Positions 1 to 8,678 of a stretch of 43,329 bases of DNA are shown here, one piece after another. A program made the translations under genes and the position numbers. The notes beneath the pieces were generated by a model. It was not told the origin of the DNA and did no database searches. It saw only the letters and a program-made list of their open reading frames with translations. The DNA comes from an uncultured Lachnospiraceae bacterium. GTDB taxonomy: Bacteria > Bacillota > Clostridia > Lachnospirales > Lachnospiraceae. Position 1 is the stretch's first letter. Each line of letters starts with the position of its first letter. The stretch lies in the NCBI GenBank assembly GCA_902782695.1, contig CACZOE010000139.1, forward strand, positions 1 through 43,329. The letters run 5' to 3'.

Positions 1-741
1 TTCCTCTTTGAGGAACTGGTTAAACGTGATTTTAAGAAAAAATATAAGAGAACAGTTCTGGGTATGTTCTGGAGTATGCTTAGTCCACTGCTTAACCTGC
101 TGGTTATGGCACTTGTCTTTACCCAGTTCTTTGGGCGGAATTCTCCGCACTACATCGTTTATCTGTTCAGCGGAAATATTGTGATGGCATTTTACAAGGA
201 GTCTACCAAGGGCGGAATGACTTCTCTTACTGGAAATGCCAGCATTTTTACGAAGATAAACGTTCCGAAATATCTATTCCTTTTTTCAAAAAATGTATCA
301 GCGCTCATTAATTTTGGACTTACTATCTGTATATATTTTATTTTTGTAATAGGTGATCATATCCCGCTTCATTGGAGATTTTTCTGCCTTATCATACCGA
401 TAGTATGTCTTGTTGTTATGAATATCGGAATAGGAATGATACTATCGGCGATGTATGTATTTTTCAGGGATACAGAATATCTGTATGATGTATTTCTTAC
501 ACTGCTTACTTATCTGTCAGCAATTTTCTACCATGTAGATAAGTTTGATATAAAAGTACAGAGGCTGTTCCTTCTGAATCCGGTATATGTTTATATCAAG
601 TATTTTAGAACTATAGTTATAGACGGAAATATACCGAGTCTTGCCTATCATGGACTCTGCTTCTTCTATGCAGCACTTTTCCTTGGAATAGGCTGTTTGA
701 TGTATAAACACTTTAATAAGAGATTTTTGTATTACTTATAA
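1..741 (+). CDS. wzm: ABC-2 type polysaccharide export permease (Wzm/RgpC-like), 5'-truncated by the window edge
   Basis: Frame 1 is open from base 1 (FLFEELVKRDFKKKYKRTVLGMFWSMLSPLL), the typical Wzm N-terminal motif. Hydrophobic multi-TM protein with LNP motif, followed by wzt. Confidence 0.9.
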   Translation, partial: FLFEELVKRDFKKKYKRTVLGMFWSMLSPLLNLLVMALVFTQFFGRNSPHYIVYLFSGNIVMAFYKESTKGGMTSLTGNASIFTKINVPKYLFLFSKNVSALINFGLTICIYFIFVIGDHIPLHWRFFCLIIPIVCLVVMNIGIGMILSAMYVFFRDTEYLYDVFLTLLTYLSAIFYHVDKFDIKVQRLFLLNPVYVYIKYFRTIVIDGNIPSLAYHGLCFFYAALFLGIGCLMYKHFNKRFLYYL

Positions 742-777
742 GAGGGCTGCTTTTAAAGCGGTTTAAGAGGACAAAAT

Positions 778-1767
778 ATGTATCCTGTTGAAGTAAATGA
801 TGTATCAATAAGTTATATGACAGGCGATTTCAAAGACATAGGAGTCAAGGAATTCGTCGTTAGAAAACTCACCGGCAATTACGAGGTTCAGAAATTCTGG
901 GCTGACAAGCATATCAGCTTTAAGCTTGAAAAGGGCGATATGCTTGGTATCGTTGGAACTAATGGTGCTGGAAAATCCACACTTCTTAAAGCTATCACCG
1001 GAATCATGGTTCCGACAGAAGGAACTGTTAAAACCAGAGGAAAGATAGCAGCTCTTCTGGAACTTGCTTCCGGTTTTGATGGCGACCTTACTGTAAAGGA
1101 AAATGCATATCTGAGAGGTGCGCTTCTTGGTTACACCAGGGAGTTCATGGATGAAAAGTATGAAGAGATAATAGAGTTTGCCGAACTGGAGGAGTTCCAG
1201 GACAGAATGTTTAAGCAGCTGTCAAGCGGTATGAAATCAAGACTTGGTTTCTCTATAGCCTGTCTGGTAAATCCGGATATTATCATACTTGATGAGGTTC
1301 TCAGCGTTGGTGACGGAGCTTTCAGAAAGAAGAGTCGTGACCGTATGAAGGAAATCCTGAATAATGGTGTTACCGGAATGCTGGTATCCCATTCGGTGAG
1401 CCAGGTCAGAGAGCTTTGCAATAAGGTTATATGGCTTGATCACGGAAGGCAGATAGCCTTTGGAGATGCCAGAGTGCTTTGTGATGCATATGAAGTATTT
1501 CTTGCAAAGCCTAAGAAAAAGAGGATTCCACCGGAAAGTATGGAAGCTATCCAGGAGGATTCGAGAAGATATAATCTGTATATCAAAATGTCTCAGCAGG
1601 AAAGAGTTGAGAATCATACAGATGAAGCCATCATGGACGAAAGTGTAATGGATCGTCAGAAGAGATGGATGAGAAAAATAAATGCCATGACTGATGAGGA
1701 ACGTGCTAATCTTTATAAACAGTACAGCGTTGATTACAGTCAGGAAGATGATCAGGATAATAACTGA
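778..1767 (+). CDS. wzt: Polysaccharide ABC transporter ATP-binding subunit (Wzt/RgpD/TagH-like) with short helical C-terminal extension
   Basis: Walker A GTNGAGKST, signature LSSGM, Walker B IIILDEVLSVGD, H-loop VSHS; adjacent to wzm. Confidence 0.92.
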   Translation: MYPVEVNDVSISYMTGDFKDIGVKEFVVRKLTGNYEVQKFWADKHISFKLEKGDMLGIVGTNGAGKSTLLKAITGIMVPTEGTVKTRGKIAALLELASGFDGDLTVKENAYLRGALLGYTREFMDEKYEEIIEFAELEEFQDRMFKQLSSGMKSRLGFSIACLVNPDIIILDEVLSVGDGAFRKKSRDRMKEILNNGVTGMLVSHSVSQVRELCNKVIWLDHGRQIAFGDARVLCDAYEVFLAKPKKKRIPPESMEAIQEDSRRYNLYIKMSQQERVENHTDEAIMDESVMDRQKRWMRKINAMTDEERANLYKQYSVDYSQEDDQDNN

Positions 1768-1778
1768 TAAATAAAAAA

Positions 1779-3005
1779 ATGGAGGAAAACATGAAGTTAA
1801 GAAAACTAAAGGGGCTATTTTCTTTAGTTCTTACATCGTTACTCGTTGTTTCAAATACAGCTGTTCCTACGTATGCAGAAGGAGAAGACCAGTCAGGTAC
1901 AGTATGTACCACACTTCAGGGTCCGACAATGGAAGCAGGAAAACAGTTTACATTTATCGGTCTTCCCTATAATGGAAAATACAGTCCTATAAAGGAATTT
2001 AAGGGATATAAACTGGTTCCACGTACAACTCAGAATTTCGCATATACCCCAGATGGAAAGTATGTATTTACAACTGCTGAAGCAGATAGTAACAATAAGA
2101 GACATACACTCCTTACCAGATGCTCAAATCCTGCAGTTAAGGGACCTCAGGCTGAGGCATTTTTTCAGGAGACCTGTGTTCTTGAAAACTATGGACATGG
2201 TGAAACTATCGAAATCACACAGCCGGATGTAAACAGAGAAGTTTATAATATCTGGGTAGCAACAAAACCAACAGGTGGATTCTATGGCCTTCAGATGGCT
2301 CGTCTAACCTATGAAGTTAATAATGGCGTTGGTTCCATAACTAAATGCGTAAGGCTTACAAATTTTAGAAAGACAAATGTAAAAAAGGGTAAGGCCTGCT
2401 ATTTTGACAAGGGTGCTACGAAGAAGCTGATGCCTGAAAGAGTAAATACTTCTATTGATGTAGCTAACAATCAGATAGCCTTCAGAGTAGGATTTAACTG
2501 TAATACTTCAAATTATCTGATATATGATTTTAACAAGATAAATACAGTTCTGGATGAACTTCCGGATGGTGGTTCCTTTAACATGAAGAAAGCCGCTAAG
2601 TGGCAGAAGGCAAATCTCAGGGCAAACCTGGAGCCTTGCAGAGTTTATCAGTGTTTTTACATTCTCGATAATACACTTTACATATCAGGTGGAAATGTAG
2701 ATCTGGGTGCAATGATTTATACCTATGAATACGAAACCACAAATAATTATAAGAAGGTTAAACAGCTCAAAGTCAGACGTGCTGATCTTGACAGGATAAT
2801 AAATATCCAGCCACAGGTTACTATAGATGAGGATACTGTTCTGGATATAGGAGAACTTGAGATAGAGGGACTTAAGGTTTACAAGGACTATGCTACAGGC
2901 AGACATGACATGTATATCAATTTTTATCAGAAGGATATACCGATCACCAGCAGTATAGGTGTATATAAGTTCAGTGTCGAAGATACTGTACAGAGTCAGG
3001 AATAA
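1779..3005 (+). CDS. Secreted protein, putative helveticin J/TagC-like beta-propeller (paralog of 3485..4648)
   Basis: Signal peptide ending ...PTYA. Shares QNFAYTPDGKY, GHGE, KAAKWQKANLR and LE(I/V)EG blocks with 3485..4648. True start may be the ATG at 1791 behind GGAGG. Confidence 0.6.
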   Translation: MEENMKLRKLKGLFSLVLTSLLVVSNTAVPTYAEGEDQSGTVCTTLQGPTMEAGKQFTFIGLPYNGKYSPIKEFKGYKLVPRTTQNFAYTPDGKYVFTTAEADSNNKRHTLLTRCSNPAVKGPQAEAFFQETCVLENYGHGETIEITQPDVNREVYNIWVATKPTGGFYGLQMARLTYEVNNGVGSITKCVRLTNFRKTNVKKGKACYFDKGATKKLMPERVNTSIDVANNQIAFRVGFNCNTSNYLIYDFNKINTVLDELPDGGSFNMKKAAKWQKANLRANLEPCRVYQCFYILDNTLYISGGNVDLGAMIYTYEYETTNNYKKVKQLKVRRADLDRIINIQPQVTIDEDTVLDIGELEIEGLKVYKDYATGRHDMYINFYQKDIPITSSIGVYKFSVEDTVQSQE

Positions 3006-3039
3006 AAGGTATAATCATAAGTAAGGGCAGGAAAAAGGC

Positions 3040-3468
3040 TTGGAAAAGATAAAAGAATTATACTTAAAATATAAGGAAATAGTGAACTACCTGATAGTAG
3101 GTGTACTCACAACTCTTGTGGGATTGGGAGTATACTATGGGCTGGTATTTACAATACTTGATCCGAAGAATCCTATCCAGCTTCAGGTGGCAAATATTAT
3201 TTCCTGGATTGCGGCTGTTACATTTGCGTACTTTACTAACAGAAGGTTTGTTTTTGAAAGTAAGAGCGAAAATGTATTAAATGAGGCTGCTAGGTTTTAT
3301 CTGGCAAGAGTCGGCACTCTGCTTATGGATATGGGAATAATGTTTACAGGTGTTACACTTATGGGGCTGAATGATAAGTATGTGAAGCTTTTTGTTCAGG
3401 TTGTGGTCACTGTAGCAAACTATATATTCAGTAAATTTCTAGTTTTTAAAAAGGATTCTTCAGACTGA
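3040..3468 (+). CDS. gtrA: GtrA-family flippase for polyprenyl-phosphate-monosaccharide
   Basis: 142 aa with 4 TM segments; motifs YLIVGVLTT, AYFTNRRFVF, NYIFSKFLVF; TTG start. Confidence 0.88.
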   Translation: MEKIKELYLKYKEIVNYLIVGVLTTLVGLGVYYGLVFTILDPKNPIQLQVANIISWIAAVTFAYFTNRRFVFESKSENVLNEAARFYLARVGTLLMDMGIMFTGVTLMGLNDKYVKLFVQVVVTVANYIFSKFLVFKKDSSD

Positions 3469-3484
3469 TTGAGGAGGTACGTAC

Positions 3485-4648
3485 ATGAAGAGAGAAACAA
3501 TGAGAAGATTACTTGCAGCTTTTCTGGCAATTGTACTTATAATTGCGATACCTACAGGAAAAGCAGAAGCAAAGACATCAAAAACTACGGTTGCTGCCGG
3601 TACTATAGAGTCCGGAAAGCAGTTCACACTTAATAATATGCCTTATAACGGAAGAGATACAATTATTTCTTCATATCAGGGACAGAAGCTGAAACTCAGC
3701 ACAGTTCAGAATTTTGCTTATACACCAGATGGAAAGTACATTTTTACAACTGCTGAGTGCAAGAGTGGTGGTACACTTCATACACTTCTCTGCAGATGTG
3801 CAGTTCCTGCAGCAAAAGGACCTGATGCTACAGCAGAATGTCTTGAGGCTATTGTTCTTGGAAAGTTCGGACATGGTGAAGCTATTGATATAACACAGGA
3901 CGATCTCACACAGGAAACTTATAATCTCTGGGTTGCAACTACTCCGGGAAGCGAGAAGTACGGTATTGAGATAGCAAGAATCACAATGACTGTCGGAGCA
4001 GACAAGACTACTATTGACAAGATGGTTACAATCAAGGATTTCAAGAAAGCAAATGTAGTTAAGGGAAAGGCAGCATTCTTTGATAAAAAGCCTACACCTA
4101 GAAGACTTAATGTTGCTATCGATGAAGATAATAATCAGATCATGTTCAGAGTACAGTTCCCTACAGGTAAGGGAGTTAACTATGTGGCTTATGATTATGA
4201 GAAGATAAATGATGCACTTGATAAGCTTGCAGATGGCAAGAAGTTCAGTATAACCAAGGCTGCTAAATGGCAGAAGGCAAACTTAAGAACAAGTCTTGTT
4301 CCTGCTAATTCCTTCCAGAGCTTCCAGATCTGTGATAATACTCTCTATGTTTGTGGTGGACACATGAATAAGGGTGCTCAGATCTATGCAATTAAGTATA
4401 AAACTTATGCAAATGGCAAGAAGGTTAAACAGGAAGTAAAACAGAATAAATCCCAGATATCCAGAATCATTTCTATGGAAACAGTTCTAAATATCAAGGG
4501 TAATACTTATACAAATGCCAAACTCGAGGTTGAGGGCATGAAGCTCTACAAGAATGATGCCGGCAAACTGGATGTTTACATTAACTTCTATATTGATGCT
4601 GTAGGCATGCTGAGAGACGGAATAAGTATTTATAAATTTGAGATTTAA
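3485..4648 (+). CDS. Secreted protein, putative helveticin J/TagC-like beta-propeller (paralog of 1779..3005)
   Basis: GAGGAGG RBS, signal peptide ending AEA, colinear similarity to 1779..3005. Confidence 0.6.
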   Translation: MKRETMRRLLAAFLAIVLIIAIPTGKAEAKTSKTTVAAGTIESGKQFTLNNMPYNGRDTIISSYQGQKLKLSTVQNFAYTPDGKYIFTTAECKSGGTLHTLLCRCAVPAAKGPDATAECLEAIVLGKFGHGEAIDITQDDLTQETYNLWVATTPGSEKYGIEIARITMTVGADKTTIDKMVTIKDFKKANVVKGKAAFFDKKPTPRRLNVAIDEDNNQIMFRVQFPTGKGVNYVAYDYEKINDALDKLADGKKFSITKAAKWQKANLRTSLVPANSFQSFQICDNTLYVCGGHMNKGAQIYAIKYKTYANGKKVKQEVKQNKSQISRIISMETVLNIKGNTYTNAKLEVEGMKLYKNDAGKLDVYINFYIDAVGMLRDGISIYKFEI

Positions 4649-4687
4649 TGGTTTACTTTAAGGGGTAATACCTAAGGTCTGGGAACT

Positions 4688-6223
4688 ATGTCATTTATTT
4701 CATTAACATTTTTTCTACTTATATCTGTTACATTTATATTATATTTTCTGATGCCGGTAAAATATAGATGGATCATCCTGCTTCTTTCGAGCATGGTGTT
4801 CTATCTGTCAGCCGGCATTGAAAAGATAATATTTGCTTTGATAGCCGTTTTTACGGCCTTCATAGCAGCAAAGAAGATATCATCTATATACGAGAACAGC
4901 GGACAGGATAAGGCTGAGCAGAAGAAAAAGGCGAAGCCGTTTCTTGTATCAGGAACTGCTGTTCTTGTTGTTATGTTACTAGCTTTTAAGATTGCGCAAA
5001 ATGTACTGTCTGGAATCTCGGCTGTTATCATGGGAAAAACCATTACCGTAGAACTGCTGGTTCCGCTGGGAATATCTTATTATACATTTGCGCTTATTGG
5101 TTATATGGCAGATGTATACTGGAGGAAGACTCAGGCAGAGAAAAATATCCTGCACCTGCTTCTCTATGCTCTTTACTTCCCTCAGATAATCGAGGGACCT
5201 ATTCCGAGACATAAAGAGCTGCAGGGTCAGCTTCTGGAGGGACATACATTTGACTTCAGAAGAACCACTTTTGGTTTTCAGAGAGTTATCTGGGGACTGT
5301 TTAAAAAAATGGTGATAGCAGACAGGGCGGCAATCGTTGTCACAACCGTTCTGAAGAATCACCTGGCATTCAGTGGAGTATTCTATCTGCTGGCAATCCT
5401 TGCTTCAGCCATTCAGCTGTATGCAGATTTTTCAGGATGTATGGATATAGCTCTTGGTATATCTGAGTGTTTTGATATAAAGCTTCAGGAGAACTTCAAG
5501 AGACCATTCTTCAGCCGTTCAGCTGCTGAGTTCTGGAGGAGATGGCACATTACCCTGGGAGCCTGGTTCAAGGATTATGTTTATATGCCTATAGTCATTA
5601 ATCCTGGACTTCTTAAGTTCAGTAAGAAGATTAAGGACAAATCCGGGGCAAGAGCAGCCAAAAATGTAATGACTGTTATTCCGCTGCTGGTAGTCTGGAC
5701 ACTTACAGGATTATGGCACGGAACCGGACTGACTTATATAGTATGGGGCCTTTATTGGGGACTGATCATAATCATCTCCACAGTATTTGCTCCTGAGATA
5801 AAGAAAATAAATGAAAAACTTCACATAAATGCAGAGTCTGCCGGATGGCAGAGATGGCAGAAGATAAGAACCTTTCTGATCTTTTGCGGCGGAAGGCTTC
5901 TGACTGCACCGGGAAATCTGAGAATCAGTGGTGCAATGGTAAAATCCTTTTTCAGAGATTTTAATCCCTGGATTCTTATTGATGGGGAGATAGTAAATGC
6001 AGGGCTTGATATACCTGGTATCTGCTGTCTGATTGTTTCTATCATTATTCTTGCTATAGTGAGCACTCAGCAGGAGAAGGGTGTGGACATACGGGAGAAG
6101 GTAGCCTCATTCCCGATAGTTCTGAGATGGATACTATATTATCTGCTGATATTTGCCATTATTATTTTTGGAATCTGGGGACCTGGCTACAGTTCCGGAG
6201 CATTTATGTATTCACAATATTAA
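4688..6223 (+). CDS. MBOAT family O-acyltransferase (AlgI/DltB-like)
   Basis: Motifs PLGISYYTF, GLFKKMVIAD, LYADFSG, FWRRWHITLGAWFKDYVY, catalytic GLWHG; C-terminal FMYSQY tail. Confidence 0.93.
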   Translation: MSFISLTFFLLISVTFILYFLMPVKYRWIILLLSSMVFYLSAGIEKIIFALIAVFTAFIAAKKISSIYENSGQDKAEQKKKAKPFLVSGTAVLVVMLLAFKIAQNVLSGISAVIMGKTITVELLVPLGISYYTFALIGYMADVYWRKTQAEKNILHLLLYALYFPQIIEGPIPRHKELQGQLLEGHTFDFRRTTFGFQRVIWGLFKKMVIADRAAIVVTTVLKNHLAFSGVFYLLAILASAIQLYADFSGCMDIALGISECFDIKLQENFKRPFFSRSAAEFWRRWHITLGAWFKDYVYMPIVINPGLLKFSKKIKDKSGARAAKNVMTVIPLLVVWTLTGLWHGTGLTYIVWGLYWGLIIIISTVFAPEIKKINEKLHINAESAGWQRWQKIRTFLIFCGGRLLTAPGNLRISGAMVKSFFRDFNPWILIDGEIVNAGLDIPGICCLIVSIIILAIVSTQQEKGVDIREKVASFPIVLRWILYYLLIFAIIIFGIWGPGYSSGAFMYSQY

Positions 6224-6242
6224 ATCAAATTTGGAGGAAAAA

Positions 6243-6467
6243 ATGGAAGATAAGATACTTGAACTTCTTTCGGAGGAATTTCCGGAGATAGATTTTGAGG
6301 CGTCGGATGCCCTTGTGGATGACGGCATTCTTGATTCACTTACAATTACTGGTATAATAGCAGCCCTTTCTATGGAATTTGGAATCACTATTCCTTATGA
6401 AGAGATAATCGAAGAAAACTTCAATTCCATAGCCGGACTTGCTGATATGGTTGAGAGACTGATGTAA
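6243..6467 (+). CDS. Acyl/aminoacyl carrier protein (DltC-like)
   Basis: 74-aa acidic protein with GILDSL phosphopantetheinylation motif and EENFNSI. Start corrected from 6153 to the ATG at 6243 behind GGAGG. Confidence 0.9.
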   Translation: MEDKILELLSEEFPEIDFEASDALVDDGILDSLTITGIIAALSMEFGITIPYEEIIEENFNSIAGLADMVERLM

Positions 6468-6526
6468 TACGTATCGGGAGCCGAAAGAAACTCTCGGATG
6501 CATGTAGATGATAGCAGGAGACTGAT

Positions 6527-8599
6527 GTGGATACACTGATAAATAAAGTCAGGGAGCTTTCTGAAAGAACACCTGATAAGGAGGCTGTTCGTTTCAAAAA
6601 GGAAGTTCTGACGTATAAAGAACTTTATAGCGCTGCGCTTAAGGTGTCATCACGGCTTAAGGACTATGGTATAAAAAAGGGGGACAGAGTGTCCTTTTCT
6701 GCTGTTTCAAAGCCTGAAATGGTAGTGACCTACCTGGCACTGCAGCTGATGGGTGCCGTAAGTGTATTTCTAGATAAAAATGCTACTCCTGCCGGAATGA
6801 AGGATATATATCAGGAGTCGGGAAGTGTACATCTGTTTACCGATAAACCTATGAAGGAATATGCTGAGGGTATAAATATAAGCTCTCTCAGAGATTTATG
6901 TAGAGACCTTGTGGGGGAAGAAAATGCAGTCGGGGTTGATTCAAATATAAATCCTGATTCTTCTGGTGAATACAGACTCCTGTGGGATGAAAATGATATA
7001 TCAGAGATTCTTTTTACAACCGGTACCACAGCAAAACCTAAAGGGGTTATGCTGAGCTTTGGTGCGGTTTATAACATCCTTTCAAATACAATTATTGGAA
7101 CAGGGATACAGGAAAGCGATATAATGCTTCTTCCCCTTCCTCTTAATCATTCCTTTGCGCTTAGGGTATTGAGAGCTGTGCTATATAGTGGAGCCACCCT
7201 GGTGCTTCAGAATGGATTTACATTTGCAAAAGAAGTAGAAAATAATATTACTGCATACAGTTGTACAGCTATGGCTGCAGTTCCTGCTTCATATGAGGTT
7301 ATGAGAAGTCAGATGCAGGATGAGTTCAGCCGTGTACTGGGTGGTCTCCGGTATCTGGAATTTGGAGCGGGCTCTCTCAGTCCGAGACAGCGTAGAGAAC
7401 TGATCAGTCTTCTCCCTGGGGTTCAGATATTTAATACATGGGGAAGTTCGGAATCCGGTGGCGCCATTTTTTGTAATGTAAATGAAGTCGTTTCGGATGA
7501 TAATAAAATATCTGCTCTTGGCAGACCCCTTGAGGGAAGAGTAGAAGTAAAAACTCTTGATTCGGATGGAGCAGAGGTTAAGGGTGACGTGGACAACCCT
7601 GGAAGAATGGCCATCAAAGGTGATATGATCATGTCTGGCTATTGGAATAATCCGGAGCTGACACAGGACACCATCAGAAATGGATGGCTGCTTACCTCTG
7701 ATATGATCTATAAAGACGAGGCCGGATATATATACATGCTTGGAAGAGCGGATGATATCATAAATGTAGGAGGAGAAAAGGTTTCTCCTATTGAAGTTGA
7801 GGACATTGCCTCCGGATATACAGGCATAAAAGAATGTGCGTGCATAGGCGTTGATGATCCCGATGATATGCTGGGGCAGATTCCAGTGCTTTTCTATGTG
7901 GCAGACAGCACTTATTCTGAGGCTGAGCTGATAAAATATCTGTCTCAGAAAATGGAAAAATACAAGCTTCCTAAAAGATTTGTGGCTCTTGAAGAAGTGC
8001 CAAGAAACAGGATGCAGAAGATAGACAGAAGAGAACTTCACAGATTATGGGAAAATCAGGATGATCTGGATCTCATGAATCCTGTTATGCAGGCTATCCT
8101 TTCCAGAAGAAGCATAAGAAGATTTACTGAAAAGGATATACCGGAGAACATACTTGAAATGATACTCAGAGCGGGGTATCATGCACCAAGTGGTCATAAT
8201 ATGCAGTCCTGGAGATTTACAGTACTTACAAAGCAGTCAGATATATTCCGATTAAAGGAGGCTGCAAGAGAAGCTGCTGAAAGAAATAAGGTACATTTTT
8301 ATGGTTTCGAAAATCCGAAGGTGATAATCCTTGTTTCAAATGATGACAGAAATCCGGATGGCTGTCAGGACGCTTCCTGCGCAGCTGAAAATATAATGCT
8401 GGCGGCTGCATCCTACGGGCTGGGTTCGGTATGGCTTAATCCCCTCAGGACTCTTCGAAATGAAGAACCGGTGAAGTCTGTGCTTGACAGTTTCGATATT
8501 CCGGCCAATCATACAGTCTGGTCGACAGTGGCCTTGGGTTATCCTACTCATCAGGGACAGTCTTTAAAGAAAAAGGAAAATGTTGTCAGATATATATAA
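6527..8599 (+). CDS. Adenylate-forming (AMP-binding) ligase fused to a C-terminal nitroreductase domain
   Basis: ANL motifs FTTGTTAKPKG, WGSSE, GWLLTSD, GRADDIINVGGEKVSPIEVE, PRNRMQK. From about 8075, nitroreductase motifs SRRSIRRF, APSGHNMQSWRF, ENIMLAAASYGLGSVW. One uninterrupted frame; GTG start after AGGAG. Confidence 0.88.
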   Translation: MDTLINKVRELSERTPDKEAVRFKKEVLTYKELYSAALKVSSRLKDYGIKKGDRVSFSAVSKPEMVVTYLALQLMGAVSVFLDKNATPAGMKDIYQESGSVHLFTDKPMKEYAEGINISSLRDLCRDLVGEENAVGVDSNINPDSSGEYRLLWDENDISEILFTTGTTAKPKGVMLSFGAVYNILSNTIIGTGIQESDIMLLPLPLNHSFALRVLRAVLYSGATLVLQNGFTFAKEVENNITAYSCTAMAAVPASYEVMRSQMQDEFSRVLGGLRYLEFGAGSLSPRQRRELISLLPGVQIFNTWGSSESGGAIFCNVNEVVSDDNKISALGRPLEGRVEVKTLDSDGAEVKGDVDNPGRMAIKGDMIMSGYWNNPELTQDTIRNGWLLTSDMIYKDEAGYIYMLGRADDIINVGGEKVSPIEVEDIASGYTGIKECACIGVDDPDDMLGQIPVLFYVADSTYSEAELIKYLSQKMEKYKLPKRFVALEEVPRNRMQKIDRRELHRLWENQDDLDLMNPVMQAILSRRSIRRFTEKDIPENILEMILRAGYHAPSGHNMQSWRFTVLTKQSDIFRLKEAAREAAERNKVHFYGFENPKVIILVSNDDRNPDGCQDASCAAENIMLAAASYGLGSVWLNPLRTLRNEEPVKSVLDSFDIPANHTVWSTVALGYPTHQGQSLKKKENVVRYI

Positions 8600-8628
8600 G
8601 TCTTTGAGATTTATATAAGTCATTGAGA
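8593..8628 (+). repeat. 17-bp tandem direct repeat (period 19)
   Basis: TATATAAGTCTTTGAGA (8593-8609) and TATATAAGTCATTGAGA (8612-8628), 1 mismatch. Confidence 0.7.
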
Positions 8629-8629
8629 G

Positions 8630-8659
8630 TTGAGAAAATATAAATATCCTATCTATAAT
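8630..8659 (+). promoter_or_regulatory. Putative sigma-A promoter for the secreted pair 8679/9499
   Basis: TTGAGA (8630-8635), 18-nt spacer, TATAAT (8654-8659), upstream of an AGGAG RBS. Confidence 0.5.
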
Positions 8660-8678
8660 TCTGAAACAGGAGATATAT

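Noticed and set aside
6153-6242. N-terminal extension of the carrier protein in the ORF track
   Set aside because: It overlaps the MBOAT end; the GGAGG RBS and normal ACP length point to ATG 6243.
4688-8599. Calling the module dltABC
   Set aside because: The ligase lacks DltA-type features and is fused to a nitroreductase, the MBOAT is AlgI-length, and there is no dltD or dltX.
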